Notes: generated by a model from the letters alone, not told the origin. Shown: positions 51,220-61,903, counted from the stretch's first letter. The stretch: 64,000 nucleotides of DNA from Phyllobacterium sp. (GCF_037994425.1 NZ_JBBNAM010000325.1:2438-66437); one strand, 5' to 3'. Translations and numbers: made by a program.

Positions 51220-53400
51220 ATGCGTAAGTTCCTTATCATCCTGATGTGGCTTGTCATGTCGATCTGCGTTCTGCTGCTGGTCACTTTGCCGGTGAATCTG
51301 CAGACGCAGCTCATCGCTGGTGCTTCGGTCCTGTTCCTCATGATGGTGTTGAAGACGCTGAATGCCGGCGGCATCTGGCGGCTGATCGCACTCGCCTTCG
51401 GTACGGCCATTGTCATGCGTTACGTGTACTGGCGAACGACGAGCACGCTACCGCCGGTGAACCAGCTTGAGAACTTCATTCCAGGGTTCCTGCTCTACCT
51501 CGCCGAGATTTACAGCGTGATGATGCTGGCGCTCAGCCTTTTCGTGGTGTCGATGCCACTGCCCCATCGCGCCGCGAGGCCAGCAACGCGAGGCGAACTG
51601 CCGAGCGTCGATGTGTTCATTCCGACCTACAACGAGGACATTGAACTTCTTGCGAACACGATGGCCGCAGCCAAGGCGATGGACTATCCGGCCGACAAGC
51701 TCACTGTCTGGATACTCGACGACGGCGGAACACTGCAGAAGCGCAACGCCGACAAGATCGTCGAATCACACATTGCAGAAAAGCGCTTCAACGACCTTTC
51801 GGCCCTTTGCGAGGCACTGGGCGTTCGCTACCTCACGCGCGAGAAGAACCTCCACGCCAAGGCGGGCAATCTCAACAACGGCCTCGAACATTCGAAGGGT
51901 GAACTCATCGCCGTGTTCGATGCGGACCACGCGCCAACGCGTGACTTCCTGCTGGAGACAGTCGGCTATTTCGATGAGGACGAGAAGCTGTTCCTCGTCC
52001 AGACGCCGCATTTCTTTCTCAACCCGGATCCGCTCGAGCGTAATCTACGCACGTTCGAGGAAATGCCCTCCGAGAACGAAATGTTCTACGGAATCATCCA
52101 GCGCGGCCTCGACAAATGGAACGCCGCGTTCTTTTGCGGGTCCGCCGCTGTGCTGCGCCGCGAAGCCCTCAATGTGACCGGCGGATTCAGCGGCATCAGC
52201 ATTACCGAGGACTGCGAGACCGCCATTGCCCTTCACTCGCGGGGCTGGAACAGCGTCTATCTCGACAAGCCACTCATCGCCGGTCTGCAGCCGGCTACGT
52301 TTGCCAGTTTCATCGGCCAGCGCAGCCGGTGGGCGCAGGGCATGATGCAAATCCTGCGGTTCCGCTTTCCGCTCTTCAATGGCGGCCTGACGATCCCGCA
52401 GCGCCTTTGCTATCTTTCGTCGACTCTGTTCTGGCTCTTCCCCTTCCCACGCGCCATTTTCCTGGTGGCGCCGCTGTTCTACCTTTTCTTCGGGCTTGAG
52501 ATCTTCACGGCATCGGGCGGGGAATTCCTCGCATACACGCTCATTTACATGGTCGTGAACCTGATGATGCAGAACTACCTTTATGGCGCTTTCCGCTGGC
52601 CCTGGATTTCCGAGCTCTACGAGTATGTACAGACCGTGCATCTTTTGCCGGCTGTGGTTTCCGTTGCGCTTAACCCGCACAAGCCTACGTTCAAAGTCAC
52701 GGCGAAGGACGAGCGTATCGACCGAAGCCGGCTTTCGGAATTGAGCGCGCCCTTCTTTGTCATCTTCTTCGTCCTGCTTGTCGGCGTCGGCGTGACCGTC
52801 TACCGGATATATACAGAGCCTTACAAAGCCGACGTCACGCTCGTTGTAGGCGCGTGGAACCTTCTAAACCTGGTTTTCGCCGGCTGTGCACTTGGGGTCG
52901 TCTCCGAGCGCGGAGATAAACGGCCATCACGGCGGGTGAAGGTGAGCCGCCGCTGTGAATTCCGAGCGGGAGAACGCTGGCTTCAAGGAACGATCGACGA
53001 CGTATCGGTCAACGGCATCCGTGTTCAGGTTCTTGGCGATGTGGTCGACACGGTATCGGTCGGTATGCTTACCGACGTCCGCTTCAAGACATTTGCGACG
53101 GGCGATCTCGGTGATCTTCCATTGCAGGTTCGCAATGTCAGAAAACAGGCTGGGGAGACATCGGTCGGCTGCATGTTTATGCCAGACCAGCCTACCGATC
53201 ATTCACTGATTGCCGATCTGATCTTTGCGAATTCGGCTCAGTGGACAAAATTCCAGCTCGAGCGACGCGGCAATCCTGGCCTCTTCAAGGGAACGATCTG
53301 GTTTTTCGGTGTCGCCATATTCCAGACCTATCGCGGGTTCTCCTATCTTTTCCGCCACTTGACGGGAAAAGGTAAGAGGGAATGGGAGGGCACGCTATGA
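51220..53400 (+). CDS. bcsA: Cellulose synthase catalytic subunit
   Basis: DDG, HAKAGN, DAD, FFCGS, TED, QRSRW; PilZ RxxxR and DxSxxG. Confidence 0.98.
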   Translation: MRKFLIILMWLVMSICVLLLVTLPVNLQTQLIAGASVLFLMMVLKTLNAGGIWRLIALAFGTAIVMRYVYWRTTSTLPPVNQLENFIPGFLLYLAEIYSVMMLALSLFVVSMPLPHRAARPATRGELPSVDVFIPTYNEDIELLANTMAAAKAMDYPADKLTVWILDDGGTLQKRNADKIVESHIAEKRFNDLSALCEALGVRYLTREKNLHAKAGNLNNGLEHSKGELIAVFDADHAPTRDFLLETVGYFDEDEKLFLVQTPHFFLNPDPLERNLRTFEEMPSENEMFYGIIQRGLDKWNAAFFCGSAAVLRREALNVTGGFSGISITEDCETAIALHSRGWNSVYLDKPLIAGLQPATFASFIGQRSRWAQGMMQILRFRFPLFNGGLTIPQRLCYLSSTLFWLFPFPRAIFLVAPLFYLFFGLEIFTASGGEFLAYTLIYMVVNLMMQNYLYGAFRWPWISELYEYVQTVHLLPAVVSVALNPHKPTFKVTAKDERIDRSRLSELSAPFFVIFFVLLVGVGVTVYRIYTEPYKADVTLVVGAWNLLNLVFAGCALGVVSERGDKRPSRRVKVSRRCEFRAGERWLQGTIDDVSVNGIRVQVLGDVVDTVSVGMLTDVRFKTFATGDLGDLPLQVRNVRKQAGETSVGCMFMPDQPTDHSLIADLIFANSAQWTKFQLERRGNPGLFKGTIWFFGVAIFQTYRGFSYLFRHLTGKGKREWEGTL

Positions 53401-55757
53401 GAAGATTTCTCATTGCCTGCTTTTTGATTGGCGTTTCCACTCTGGTTTCCCACGCCCAGGTTGCGCCGTTCGATATGTCGCCCGAGCGTCCGGCCGTACC
53501 AGCAACCCCGCCGACACAACAGCCCGTCAAACCGTTCTCGCCCATACCCGGCGAGCCGCCACCAGCACCCGCGCCCAAGCAGGCGACAGCACCTGCCGCC
53601 AGAACCGACGGCCAGGCGAGGCGCTATATCATTCCCCAGGACAGTCTTTCGTTCAGCGGCGAAACCGGTGACAAGACGTGGGCCGTCTTCATCACAACGG
53701 ATCAGGCGGCCGCCCCGGCCACCCTGTCGCTGACCTATCAGAGCAGCCTCGTCGTAGCACCAGAATGGTCAACGATTACGGTTTCTATCAACAACGCCCG
53801 CATCATCAGCGAGCCGGTCCAGTCGCCGGAAGGCCGCAAAACCTTGACTGCGAAGATCCCCGCCGGAATTCTCAAGGAAGGACTTAACACCTTCCGGATA
53901 ACGACCAGCCTTCGCCATCGCACCGACTGCACGGTGCAATCCACCTATGAATTGTGGACCGAGGTCGATCCTTCAAAAACATATCTTTCATTTGCCAGCG
54001 AAAGTGCCAGCAGGCTCAAGAAGTTGGACGATATACGAGCGATCGGAGTCGATGCGACCGGACGAACCACGTTCAACCTCGTTATACCTGCTATCGACCG
54101 CGCGCAGGCGGCCGCTCCCATGCTGCACGTTGCCCAGGGGCTGGCGATAATGGCCAATATGCCGAACCAGACAGTGACAGTCTCGTCCAACATGCCGACC
54201 GAACAGTCGCCGGGTGCGTTGACGGTCCTCCTTGGCACCGATGACGAACTGCAATCCGTTTCGGCATGGGCGGACAATCGCGGAGCGCCTGGCGCGGGGT
54301 TCATTGAAGACCCGGCGACCGGGAGTTCGATCCTCCGGCTGCGCGGCGCCGACTGGCAGTCTGTCAGCAGCGCGGTAGCAGGATTGGTTGATCCGCTGAA
54401 GCGTGACCTTAGTGTCCCGCGGACATTCCTGTCGACGCAGACATGGCGGTCCCCCGACGTACCGCTCTTCCTTTCAGCTTCGCGGGTAAAGCTGAGCGAA
54501 CTCGGCGTCGATACGAAAAACTTCACCGGACGCCGCCTGCGAACCGAATTTGCCGTCGGCGTTCCCTCGGATTTTTATGCAAACGAGTATGGCAAGGCGA
54601 CGATTCTCCTCGATGCTGCCTATTCGGAAGACGTTATGCCGGGCAGCCAGATCAACGTCTATGTCAACGACAATATTGCCGCCACACTTCCGATAACCAC
54701 ATCTGGCGGCGAGATCCTGCGGCATTTTCCGATCGGCTTCACGATGCGGCACTTCCGCCCCGGCGTGAACCTCATCACCATCGAGGCGGCGCTCAATACC
54801 AAAACGGATTCCGTGTGCGCGCCCGGGACCAATGCGTCCTCGACGACGCGCTTTGCGCTTTTCGATTCGTCTGAATTCGTCATTCCAACCTTTGCAAGGA
54901 TCGGTACCCTGCCCAACCTTGCCGGGACGAGCGGTACAAGCTTCCCCTACAACCGGTCAGAAAAGCCCCTGCCCGTCGTGATGAACAATGCCGGCGAAAA
55001 GAGCCTTTCGGCGGCAGCGACCCTGCTCGCGCGCATGGCCGTGGCAGCGGGTCGCCCGATCGAAGTCGATCCGAGAGCGACAACGAATTCGGCCATGAAT
55101 TCCAATGCACTCTTCGTGGGCGCCATTCCGCAAATTGAATCGAGCGTTCTGACACAGACCGGGATCTCCGAGAACACAAGGACGATATGGAGCGCGGTTA
55201 AAGGCAATGTCGAAGCGGCACCGGAAGAAAATACGCAGTCCGACTTCAACGAATGGCGGGAGCGGCTTTCTGGCAAGGGCTGGCGCGGCCAGATCTCCTC
55301 TTTCGACGACTGGTTGAACCGCACGTTCAATATTTCGCTAAGCAGTCTCTCCCTGCATGACGAAAGCGATGCGCCGTACACGCCCGAACCGGCAGCAACA
55401 CTGCTCATTGCCCAGCGACCCAATCCCAACGGCGACGGTGTCTGGACTGTGGCGACATCGGCCAATGACGACAATCTCATCGAGGGCGTGTGCGCCCTGA
55501 CGCGACAGGATCATTGGCCGGAACTCGATGGCCACATCTCCATTTACAAAGCCGGCACGGACGAAATGCAGAAGGTGCCCGTGGGCAACTACACCTTTGT
55601 TTCGACACAGCCCCTGTCATTTTCCAACATGAGACTAGTCATAGCCAATTGGCTTTCCGGCAATATCCTGTGGTTTTCATTGATCCTCGTTGTCCTGGCC
55701 GGCTTGCTTGGCATTGCAACCTCACGGATGCTGGCGAATCTCGGGAGGCGCATATGA
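53397..55757 (+). CDS. bcsB: Cellulose synthase periplasmic subunit BcsB
   Basis: ATGA overlap with bcsA; signal peptide; HRTDC...ELWT; C-terminal TM helix. Confidence 0.93.
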   Translation: MRRFLIACFLIGVSTLVSHAQVAPFDMSPERPAVPATPPTQQPVKPFSPIPGEPPPAPAPKQATAPAARTDGQARRYIIPQDSLSFSGETGDKTWAVFITTDQAAAPATLSLTYQSSLVVAPEWSTITVSINNARIISEPVQSPEGRKTLTAKIPAGILKEGLNTFRITTSLRHRTDCTVQSTYELWTEVDPSKTYLSFASESASRLKKLDDIRAIGVDATGRTTFNLVIPAIDRAQAAAPMLHVAQGLAIMANMPNQTVTVSSNMPTEQSPGALTVLLGTDDELQSVSAWADNRGAPGAGFIEDPATGSSILRLRGADWQSVSSAVAGLVDPLKRDLSVPRTFLSTQTWRSPDVPLFLSASRVKLSELGVDTKNFTGRRLRTEFAVGVPSDFYANEYGKATILLDAAYSEDVMPGSQINVYVNDNIAATLPITTSGGEILRHFPIGFTMRHFRPGVNLITIEAALNTKTDSVCAPGTNASSTTRFALFDSSEFVIPTFARIGTLPNLAGTSGTSFPYNRSEKPLPVVMNNAGEKSLSAAATLLARMAVAAGRPIEVDPRATTNSAMNSNALFVGAIPQIESSVLTQTGISENTRTIWSAVKGNVEAAPEENTQSDFNEWRERLSGKGWRGQISSFDDWLNRTFNISLSSLSLHDESDAPYTPEPAATLLIAQRPNPNGDGVWTVATSANDDNLIEGVCALTRQDHWPELDGHISIYKAGTDEMQKVPVGNYTFVSTQPLSFSNMRLVIANWLSGNILWFSLILVVLAGLLGIATSRMLANLGRRI

Positions 55758-56803
55758 GGGCATCCGCGTTCCTCCTATCTGTTTTCCTTGCCTTCGCCGG
55801 CAGCGGGGTTGCCATGGCGCAGAACTTGTCCGGGACGGTCAAGCCAGAGGATTGGGCTGCGTATAAAACACGTTTCATCGATGCCGCTGGACGTGTGATC
55901 GATGATGCCAATGGCAATATCAGCCATAGTGAAGGCCAGGGTTACGGATTGCTGCTCGCATATCTTGCCAGTAGCAAGGCAGATTTCGACCAAATCTGGT
56001 CATTCACGCGAACCGAGCTTTTGCTGCGTGACGACGGTCTTGCCATGTGGAAATGGGATCCGTCTGCAAAGCCTCACATTACCGACAGCAACAATGCGTC
56101 GGATGGCGATATTCTTATCGCATACGCCCTGTTGCTTGCTGGCGCAGATTGGGGACGCAACGACTTCGTCGGTGCAGCAAAGACGATCATCGGCGGTCTC
56201 GGCAAGTCCAACGTCGTCAAATGGCAGGACCGGTTGCTGCTGCTGCCGGGTGCGAAGGGATTTTCAGAAGCTGACCGCAACGATGGTCCGATCATCAACC
56301 TGTCCTATTGGGTTTTCGAGGCCTTTCCGAAATTCGCGTCGGTCGACAAGACGACTGATTGGACGCAACTGAGCATCAATGGCGTTGGGCTACTTAATAA
56401 GGCAAGCGCCGGTCCAAGGTCGATGCCTGCGGATTGGATGTCGGCCAAGACTCAATTGAAGCCGGCCAAAGGCTTCGCTGCGGAATTCGGATACAACGCA
56501 TTGCGCATTCCGCTCTATCTGATGCGCGCCCATATCAACGATCAGGAATTGCTGACCAGGTTGCGCAAGGGAATGACCTCGGAGAGCGGCGAGGTCGTCA
56601 TTACGGATAGCGAAAGTGGCAGTGTCAAAGAAACACTTCCTGATGCGGGGTACGTGATTATCCCTGCCTTGATCGGTTGCGTGCTCGACAAGACAAAATT
56701 GCCGGATTCCGTGCGCTCATTCCAGCCGACCCTATACTATCCCTCGACGCTGCATCTATTATCGCTTTCATTTGCCTACAGCCAGCACCCGGAATGTTTA
56801 TGA
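55754..56803 (+). CDS. bcsZ: GH8 endoglucanase (BcsZ/CelC)
   Basis: SHSEGQGYG, NASDGD, FGYNALRIPLY. Confidence 0.96.
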   Translation: MRASAFLLSVFLAFAGSGVAMAQNLSGTVKPEDWAAYKTRFIDAAGRVIDDANGNISHSEGQGYGLLLAYLASSKADFDQIWSFTRTELLLRDDGLAMWKWDPSAKPHITDSNNASDGDILIAYALLLAGADWGRNDFVGAAKTIIGGLGKSNVVKWQDRLLLLPGAKGFSEADRNDGPIINLSYWVFEAFPKFASVDKTTDWTQLSINGVGLLNKASAGPRSMPADWMSAKTQLKPAKGFAAEFGYNALRIPLYLMRAHINDQELLTRLRKGMTSESGEVVITDSESGSVKETLPDAGYVIIPALIGCVLDKTKLPDSVRSFQPTLYYPSTLHLLSLSFAYSQHPECL

Positions 56804-59112
56804 AGAAGCCGGTTCTCATCCTCGCTCCCCTCATAGCCGCATGTGCTGGCGCTATTGCGCTGCAGCAGGGTTATTTGCCAGAGACCGCAACAGCCCGGGA
56901 GTCTTTCCGTTCATCGCTGTTGGAGGCAGATAGAGGTCCAGATCAAAAGAACGCGACTGATGAATATGTCGTCGCCCAGTCCGGCCGCACGCCTGCAGGC
57001 CGCACCCAGCCAGCACCCGAGCAGCCGCCAGCGGCCACCACGCCGCCCAAGGTCGACGAGACGGCGTTGCGTTATTTTGCCCGTCAAGGCGACCAGCGCC
57101 GGCTTGAGGCCGAGATCGCCCGGCTGCGCGCGCTCTATCCAGATTGGACGCCCCCCGCCGATCCCCTTGCCGCCCCGGTTCAGACAGACGCATCGCTCGA
57201 TGCCATGTGGAAGCTTTATGCGGACGGGAAGCTCGCGGAATTGCGGAAAGCCATTCAGGAAAGGCAGAGCAGCGAGCAGGGCTGGACGCCGCCATCCGAC
57301 CTGATCGACCGCCTGGAACTCGCCGAAGCCCGCGAGCAGCTGGTCAATGCCTCCGACCTCAAGCAATACGACACTGTGATCCGTGTGGGCGCTGCCCATA
57401 ACAGCCTCATGACCTGTAGTGAAGTCGACGTGCTTTGGCGGACCGCCGAAGCCTTCGCCAAGACGGATCGCGAGGCCCGGGCAAAGGATGCCTACGCCTA
57501 TATCCTCGACAACTGTGCGGATCCAGCTGAACGACTTGCAACGGTGCAGAAGGCGCTACCGCTTCTGACGCGACCCAACCTCGATGTCCTGCTGGCCAAG
57601 GCCAAAATCACGCCTGACGGCAAAAGCGAATTCGACTCGATCCGCGACGACCTCGCGCGCAAGGCGGTCGCGGACGCAGGTTCCGATCCGAAACTTGTGG
57701 TGTCGCCGGCGGATGTCGAGCGCGTGGAAAAACTGGCGACTGCAACCGGGCCGTCCGATCCGCTCATCCTCGGCTGGTACTATCTCCGCCGCAACAACTT
57801 CGAGGCGGCGGAAAAGTGGTTCAAGCTTTCGCATGACCGAGAAAACGCGCCCTCCTCCGCGCAAGGCCTTGCTCTTGCGATGATTGCGCGTTCGCGGCCG
57901 GCCGAGGCGGAAGCGATCATGTATGAATGGCGTGACAGCTCGGATGGCACCAAGGCAGTCTATATCGCGGCGGTGGCAAATCTTTTGGCGCAGGATCCGC
58001 CGGTCGAGATTGCGCCCGAGATTCTGCAGCGCATGGTGCCCGAGGTCGTCGAAGCAAAAGACGCAAATGCCGCGCAACAACTCGGCTGGTATGCATATCT
58101 GCTCAATCAATTCGAGACCGCCTCGAGCTGGTTCTCAACCGCGCTGCAGTGGAAGCCTGACGACGAACCGTCATCCTATGGTCTCGTGCTGACGCGTCAG
58201 CAACTCGGCGATACCGCAGGCGTAGCAGCGATCCAGCGGCGCTGGGCGGGGCGTTCGGAGCGCATCGCGCGGCTCGGCGAGCTTCGGAAAACACGGCAGC
58301 CAGGGCTTGTTCCCTCACACGAACGATTTGGAGACAGCTTGGAGCCAATGCAACTGCGTCCCACCCTGACTACCCCCCTCGCGCTTCAGGATATGCAGGT
58401 GCCCGATCGCGCCGCGCCCCAACCGGCCAGTCCGAGAACGCTGGCAGACCGGGTGGCCGAGACCATTTCCCGCCAGAGAATGGAAACCACCGAGGCGCCT
58501 TTGATGCAAACCGAACAGATGCCGATACAAAGAGCGCCCGAAGCGCGTCCACGCAGGTCGGCGCCAGCGCCGAACAACGCTGGCACCCGTTCCACTCGCG
58601 GTTGTACCACGACGATAAACCCCCAGACGCTTTCGCCCGAGAATGCGCTTTCCCGCGGCTGGTGTCTGATGGATATCAACCGCCCGCTCGAAGCGGCGGC
58701 AGCTTTTGAACGAGGCCTGCTCAGCCGCACGGAAGCTGCCCGCAGCGACGCAGCCTACGGGCAGAGCCTTGCCTACCTTCGTGCCGGCCTTAGTGACAAG
58801 GCGGCGGTCGCTGCCTCGAAAGCACGGCAACAGCAAACGCGCCAGGTTGAGTTGGATATAGCGCTGCTTTCGTCGCGCGCGACAGAGGCGTTCAACGCCG
58901 GGCGTCCGAACGAAGCCCTTCTTGCGCTCGATCAGCGCGCACGCATAGCGCCGGAACGTACCGACCTCATGATTTTGCGCGGTTATGCCTACGTGAAATT
59001 GAACCGACTTGCTGATGCATTGCGCGTTTTCGAAGCCGTTGCCGCAACCGGCAACAAGGAAGGCTTGCGCGGGATTGCCACAGTCAACGCAATCAGAAAG
59101 CGGGAATACTGA
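56800..59112 (+). CDS. TPR-rich cellulose synthesis accessory protein (CelG/BcsK-like)
   Basis: ATGA overlap; DETALRYFARQGD...EIARLRALYPDW; TPRs; no beta-barrel recognised. Confidence 0.85.
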   Translation: MKKPVLILAPLIAACAGAIALQQGYLPETATARESFRSSLLEADRGPDQKNATDEYVVAQSGRTPAGRTQPAPEQPPAATTPPKVDETALRYFARQGDQRRLEAEIARLRALYPDWTPPADPLAAPVQTDASLDAMWKLYADGKLAELRKAIQERQSSEQGWTPPSDLIDRLELAEAREQLVNASDLKQYDTVIRVGAAHNSLMTCSEVDVLWRTAEAFAKTDREARAKDAYAYILDNCADPAERLATVQKALPLLTRPNLDVLLAKAKITPDGKSEFDSIRDDLARKAVADAGSDPKLVVSPADVERVEKLATATGPSDPLILGWYYLRRNNFEAAEKWFKLSHDRENAPSSAQGLALAMIARSRPAEAEAIMYEWRDSSDGTKAVYIAAVANLLAQDPPVEIAPEILQRMVPEVVEAKDANAAQQLGWYAYLLNQFETASSWFSTALQWKPDDEPSSYGLVLTRQQLGDTAGVAAIQRRWAGRSERIARLGELRKTRQPGLVPSHERFGDSLEPMQLRPTLTTPLALQDMQVPDRAAPQPASPRTLADRVAETISRQRMETTEAPLMQTEQMPIQRAPEARPRRSAPAPNNAGTRSTRGCTTTINPQTLSPENALSRGWCLMDINRPLEAAAAFERGLLSRTEAARSDAAYGQSLAYLRAGLSDKAAVAASKARQQQTRQVELDIALLSSRATEAFNAGRPNEALLALDQRARIAPERTDLMILRGYAYVKLNRLADALRVFEAVAATGNKEGLRGIATVNAIRKREY

Positions 59113-59161
59113 CGACAGTGGCTGGGTGGCCAGTCTCGCGAAATGCTGGCGCTATCTGGGC

Positions 59162-59257
59162 TCACATGCCGGCGCTGCGCAGCAGCATCAGGATCGATAC
59201 CCACAGGACCAGCATGCTGGTTAGACCGATGACGTAGTAGTTTGGCGAGTGCTCCAT
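59162..59257 (-). CDS. Candidate 31-aa single-TM small protein
   Basis: TAAGG-N5-ATG; MEHSPNYYVIGLTSMLVLWVSILMLLRSAGM. Confidence 0.5.
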   Translation of the reverse strand: MEHSPNYYVIGLTSMLVLWVSILMLLRSAGM

Positions 59258-59502
59258 AGGCGCCTTATACAACGTGCAGGTTGTCAAATTCCTAAATCAA
59301 ACCGGTACAAGTTGAGCCAATCGCGAAATTCGATACCATCTATCCGATACCTGATTGCTGACCTGCCAAACAATTTCAGTGCCTTGTGCGGCAAGCTTTC
59401 CCTTGAAAAGATAAGGCACAAGTGCCTGGCTGGAGCGAGCGCTGGTGGACGCAGAAGGCCTCGGGGCAGTTTCGCCAAAATCTTATGCTGTTGGGGAATT
59501 TT

Positions 59503-59579
<77 letters not shown>

Positions 59580-59722
59580 AGCCGCTGAAAGCCCTAGATT
59601 ACTAAGGTTTTCAACGCAAGGGGCAAAACCGAAAAAATCAACAATGTTGCACAGGACCGAGGTTCGAAATCCCCCTGGTCTGTTGCGTAGGCATTTCCCG
59701 CAATAACACGCCGGACGCGAAA

Positions 59723-59737
59723 GTTCCTCATTTGTTC
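59723..59737 (+). promoter_or_regulatory. Alphaproteobacterial LexA (SOS) box
   Basis: Exact GTTC-CTCATTT-GTTC (GTTC-N7-GTTC) about 80 nt upstream of the helicase start. Confidence 0.75.
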
Positions 59738-59819
59738 GCGGATGAAGCTGGGGTAATCTGGTGAACGACTCACTCTTGCCGCACGAACCCAGCCGAAAGG
59801 CTTTCCGCAAAGGGGTAAT

Positions 59820-61889
59820 ATGGGCGCTGCCTACCTGGAAAAACTAAACCCCGAGCAGCGGCTGGCTGTCGAATACGGGACCGACCTACTTCCATTGACG
59901 ATTGGCGGGCCCCTCCTTGTCATAGCAGGCGCCGGATCGGGTAAGACCAATACGCTTGCGCATCGCGTCGCGCACCTGATCGTCAAGGGCGCCGACCCAC
60001 GGCGTATTCTGCTGATGACCTTCTCGCGACGCGCTGCTGCCGAGATGGCGCGGCGCGTGGAGCGCATTTGCGCTCAGGTCTTGGGGGCGAATGCCGCGAT
60101 CATGACCGATGCGTTGGCCTGGGCCGGCACGTTTCATGGAATCGGCGCCAGGCTGCTGCGCGATTATGCCGAACAGATCGGTCTCAATCCGGATTTCACG
60201 ATACACGACCGCGAAGACAGCGCGGACCTGATGAACCTCATCCGCCACGAGCTCGGATTCTCAAAGACGGAAAGCCGCTTTCCAACCAAGGGAACCTGCC
60301 TTGCCATCTATTCGCGTGTCGTGAATTCTGAAATTCCGCTGGCCGAGGTGTTGCAGATGTTCTTTCCCTGGGTTGTCGGTTGGGAGAAACAACTGCGGGA
60401 ACTTTTTGCCGCCTATGTCGAGGCAAAGCAGCTTCAAAACGTTCTCGACTACGACGACCTGCTTCTCTATTGGGCTCAAACCGTTGGCGACCCGATGCTC
60501 GCCGAAGATATGGGCTGCCGCTGGGATCACGTACTCGTCGACGAGTACCAGGACACCAACAGGCTGCAGGCCTCGATACTCCTGGCTTTAAGGCCGGCCG
60601 GAAGGGGTCTGACCGTCGTCGGCGACGACGCCCAATCGATCTATTCCTTTCGCGCCGCTACCGTGCGGAACATCCTCGATTTTCCTGGCGAGTTCACTCC
60701 GCCAGCCAATATCGTCACGCTCGATCGGAACTATCGGTCAACCCAGCCCATCCTCGCCGCGGCGAATGGTGTGATCGACCTGGCGAGGGAGCGTTTTACC
60801 AAAAACCTCTGGACCGAACGGGAGTCGGCCGAGCGGCCGCACATGGTGACCGTCAAGGACGAAGCCGATCAGGCGCGCTATATCGTCGAACAGGTTTTGG
60901 AAAATCGCGAGACCGGAACTTTGCTCAAACAGCAGGCCGTGCTTTTCAGGACCTCGCACCATAGCGGACCATTGGAGGTGGAACTGACGCGCCGCAACAT
61001 TCCCTTTGTGAAATTTGGCGGCCTCAAGTTCCTTGATAGCGCGCATGTGAAAGACATGTTGGCACTGTTGCGCTTTGCCCAGAATCCACGGGACCGCGTG
61101 GCTGGCTTTCGCCTGATGCAACTCATCCCCGGCGTTGGTCCCTCATCAGCGCGTCGGGTACTCGACGAGATGGCCGAACAACCTGATCCGCTTGCAACAC
61201 TCGCCGACCTTCCCGCGCCATCCCGGGCCGGAAATGATTGGAGCACATTCGTCGACGCCCTGAACGACCTAAAGCGCGGCGGCGCAGGTTGGCCCGCCGA
61301 GATCGAGCGGGCGCGCGCCTGGTACGAACCGCATCTTGACCGCATTCATGAGGACGCCGAGGTGCGCAAGGCAGATCTGTTGCAGTTGGAGCAGATCGCG
61401 GCTGGTTATGCGTCCCGCGAGCGCTTCCTCACTGAACTCACTCTCGATCCACCGGACGCTACCAGCGATCAATCCGGCGTGCCGCTGCTCGACGAGGACT
61501 ACCTCATCCTTTCGACAATCCATTCCGCCAAGGGACAGGAGTGGAAGTCCGTCTTCGTCCTCAACGTTGTTGATGGCTGCATTCCGTCCGATCTCGGCGC
61601 CGGAACGACGGCCGAACTCGAGGAAGAGCGTCGATTGTTATACGTGGCGATGACGCGCGCCAAGGACAGCCTTCACCTTGTTCTGCCCCAGCGCTTCTTT
61701 ACCCATGGGCAGAACGCTCATGGCGACCGTCACGTCTATGCTTCTCGCACACGCTTCATCCCTGCAACGCTGCTCCAATATTTTGAAAGCAGGCCCTGGC
61801 CGGTCATGAACCGGGAACAAGCTCGTGCGAACGACGTTCGAAGCCAACGCGTCGATGTCGCAGCGAAAATGCGGGCGATGTGGCGTTAG
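59820..61889 (+). CDS. UvrD/Rep/PcrA-family SF1 helicase
   Basis: AGAGSGKT, VDEYQD, VGDDAQSIYSFR, NYRS, TIHSAKGQEW, EERRLLYVAMTRAK. Confidence 0.96.
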   Translation: MGAAYLEKLNPEQRLAVEYGTDLLPLTIGGPLLVIAGAGSGKTNTLAHRVAHLIVKGADPRRILLMTFSRRAAAEMARRVERICAQVLGANAAIMTDALAWAGTFHGIGARLLRDYAEQIGLNPDFTIHDREDSADLMNLIRHELGFSKTESRFPTKGTCLAIYSRVVNSEIPLAEVLQMFFPWVVGWEKQLRELFAAYVEAKQLQNVLDYDDLLLYWAQTVGDPMLAEDMGCRWDHVLVDEYQDTNRLQASILLALRPAGRGLTVVGDDAQSIYSFRAATVRNILDFPGEFTPPANIVTLDRNYRSTQPILAAANGVIDLARERFTKNLWTERESAERPHMVTVKDEADQARYIVEQVLENRETGTLLKQQAVLFRTSHHSGPLEVELTRRNIPFVKFGGLKFLDSAHVKDMLALLRFAQNPRDRVAGFRLMQLIPGVGPSSARRVLDEMAEQPDPLATLADLPAPSRAGNDWSTFVDALNDLKRGGAGWPAEIERARAWYEPHLDRIHEDAEVRKADLLQLEQIAAGYASRERFLTELTLDPPDATSDQSGVPLLDEDYLILSTIHSAKGQEWKSVFVLNVVDGCIPSDLGAGTTAELEEERRLLYVAMTRAKDSLHLVLPQRFFTHGQNAHGDRHVYASRTRFIPATLLQYFESRPWPVMNREQARANDVRSQRVDVAAKMRAMWR

Positions 61890-61903
61890 TATGGCCTCGG
61901 CAC

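Noticed and set aside
46900-59502. Cellulose operon as an island integrated at the tRNA-Pro 3' end
   Set aside because: No integrase and no duplicated tRNA 3' segment found by eye; not excluded beyond the window.
59650-59686. GGTTCGAAATCC T-loop-like hairpin as a tRNA remnant or att site
   Set aside because: No further identity to the tRNA-Pro 3' end and no cloverleaf.
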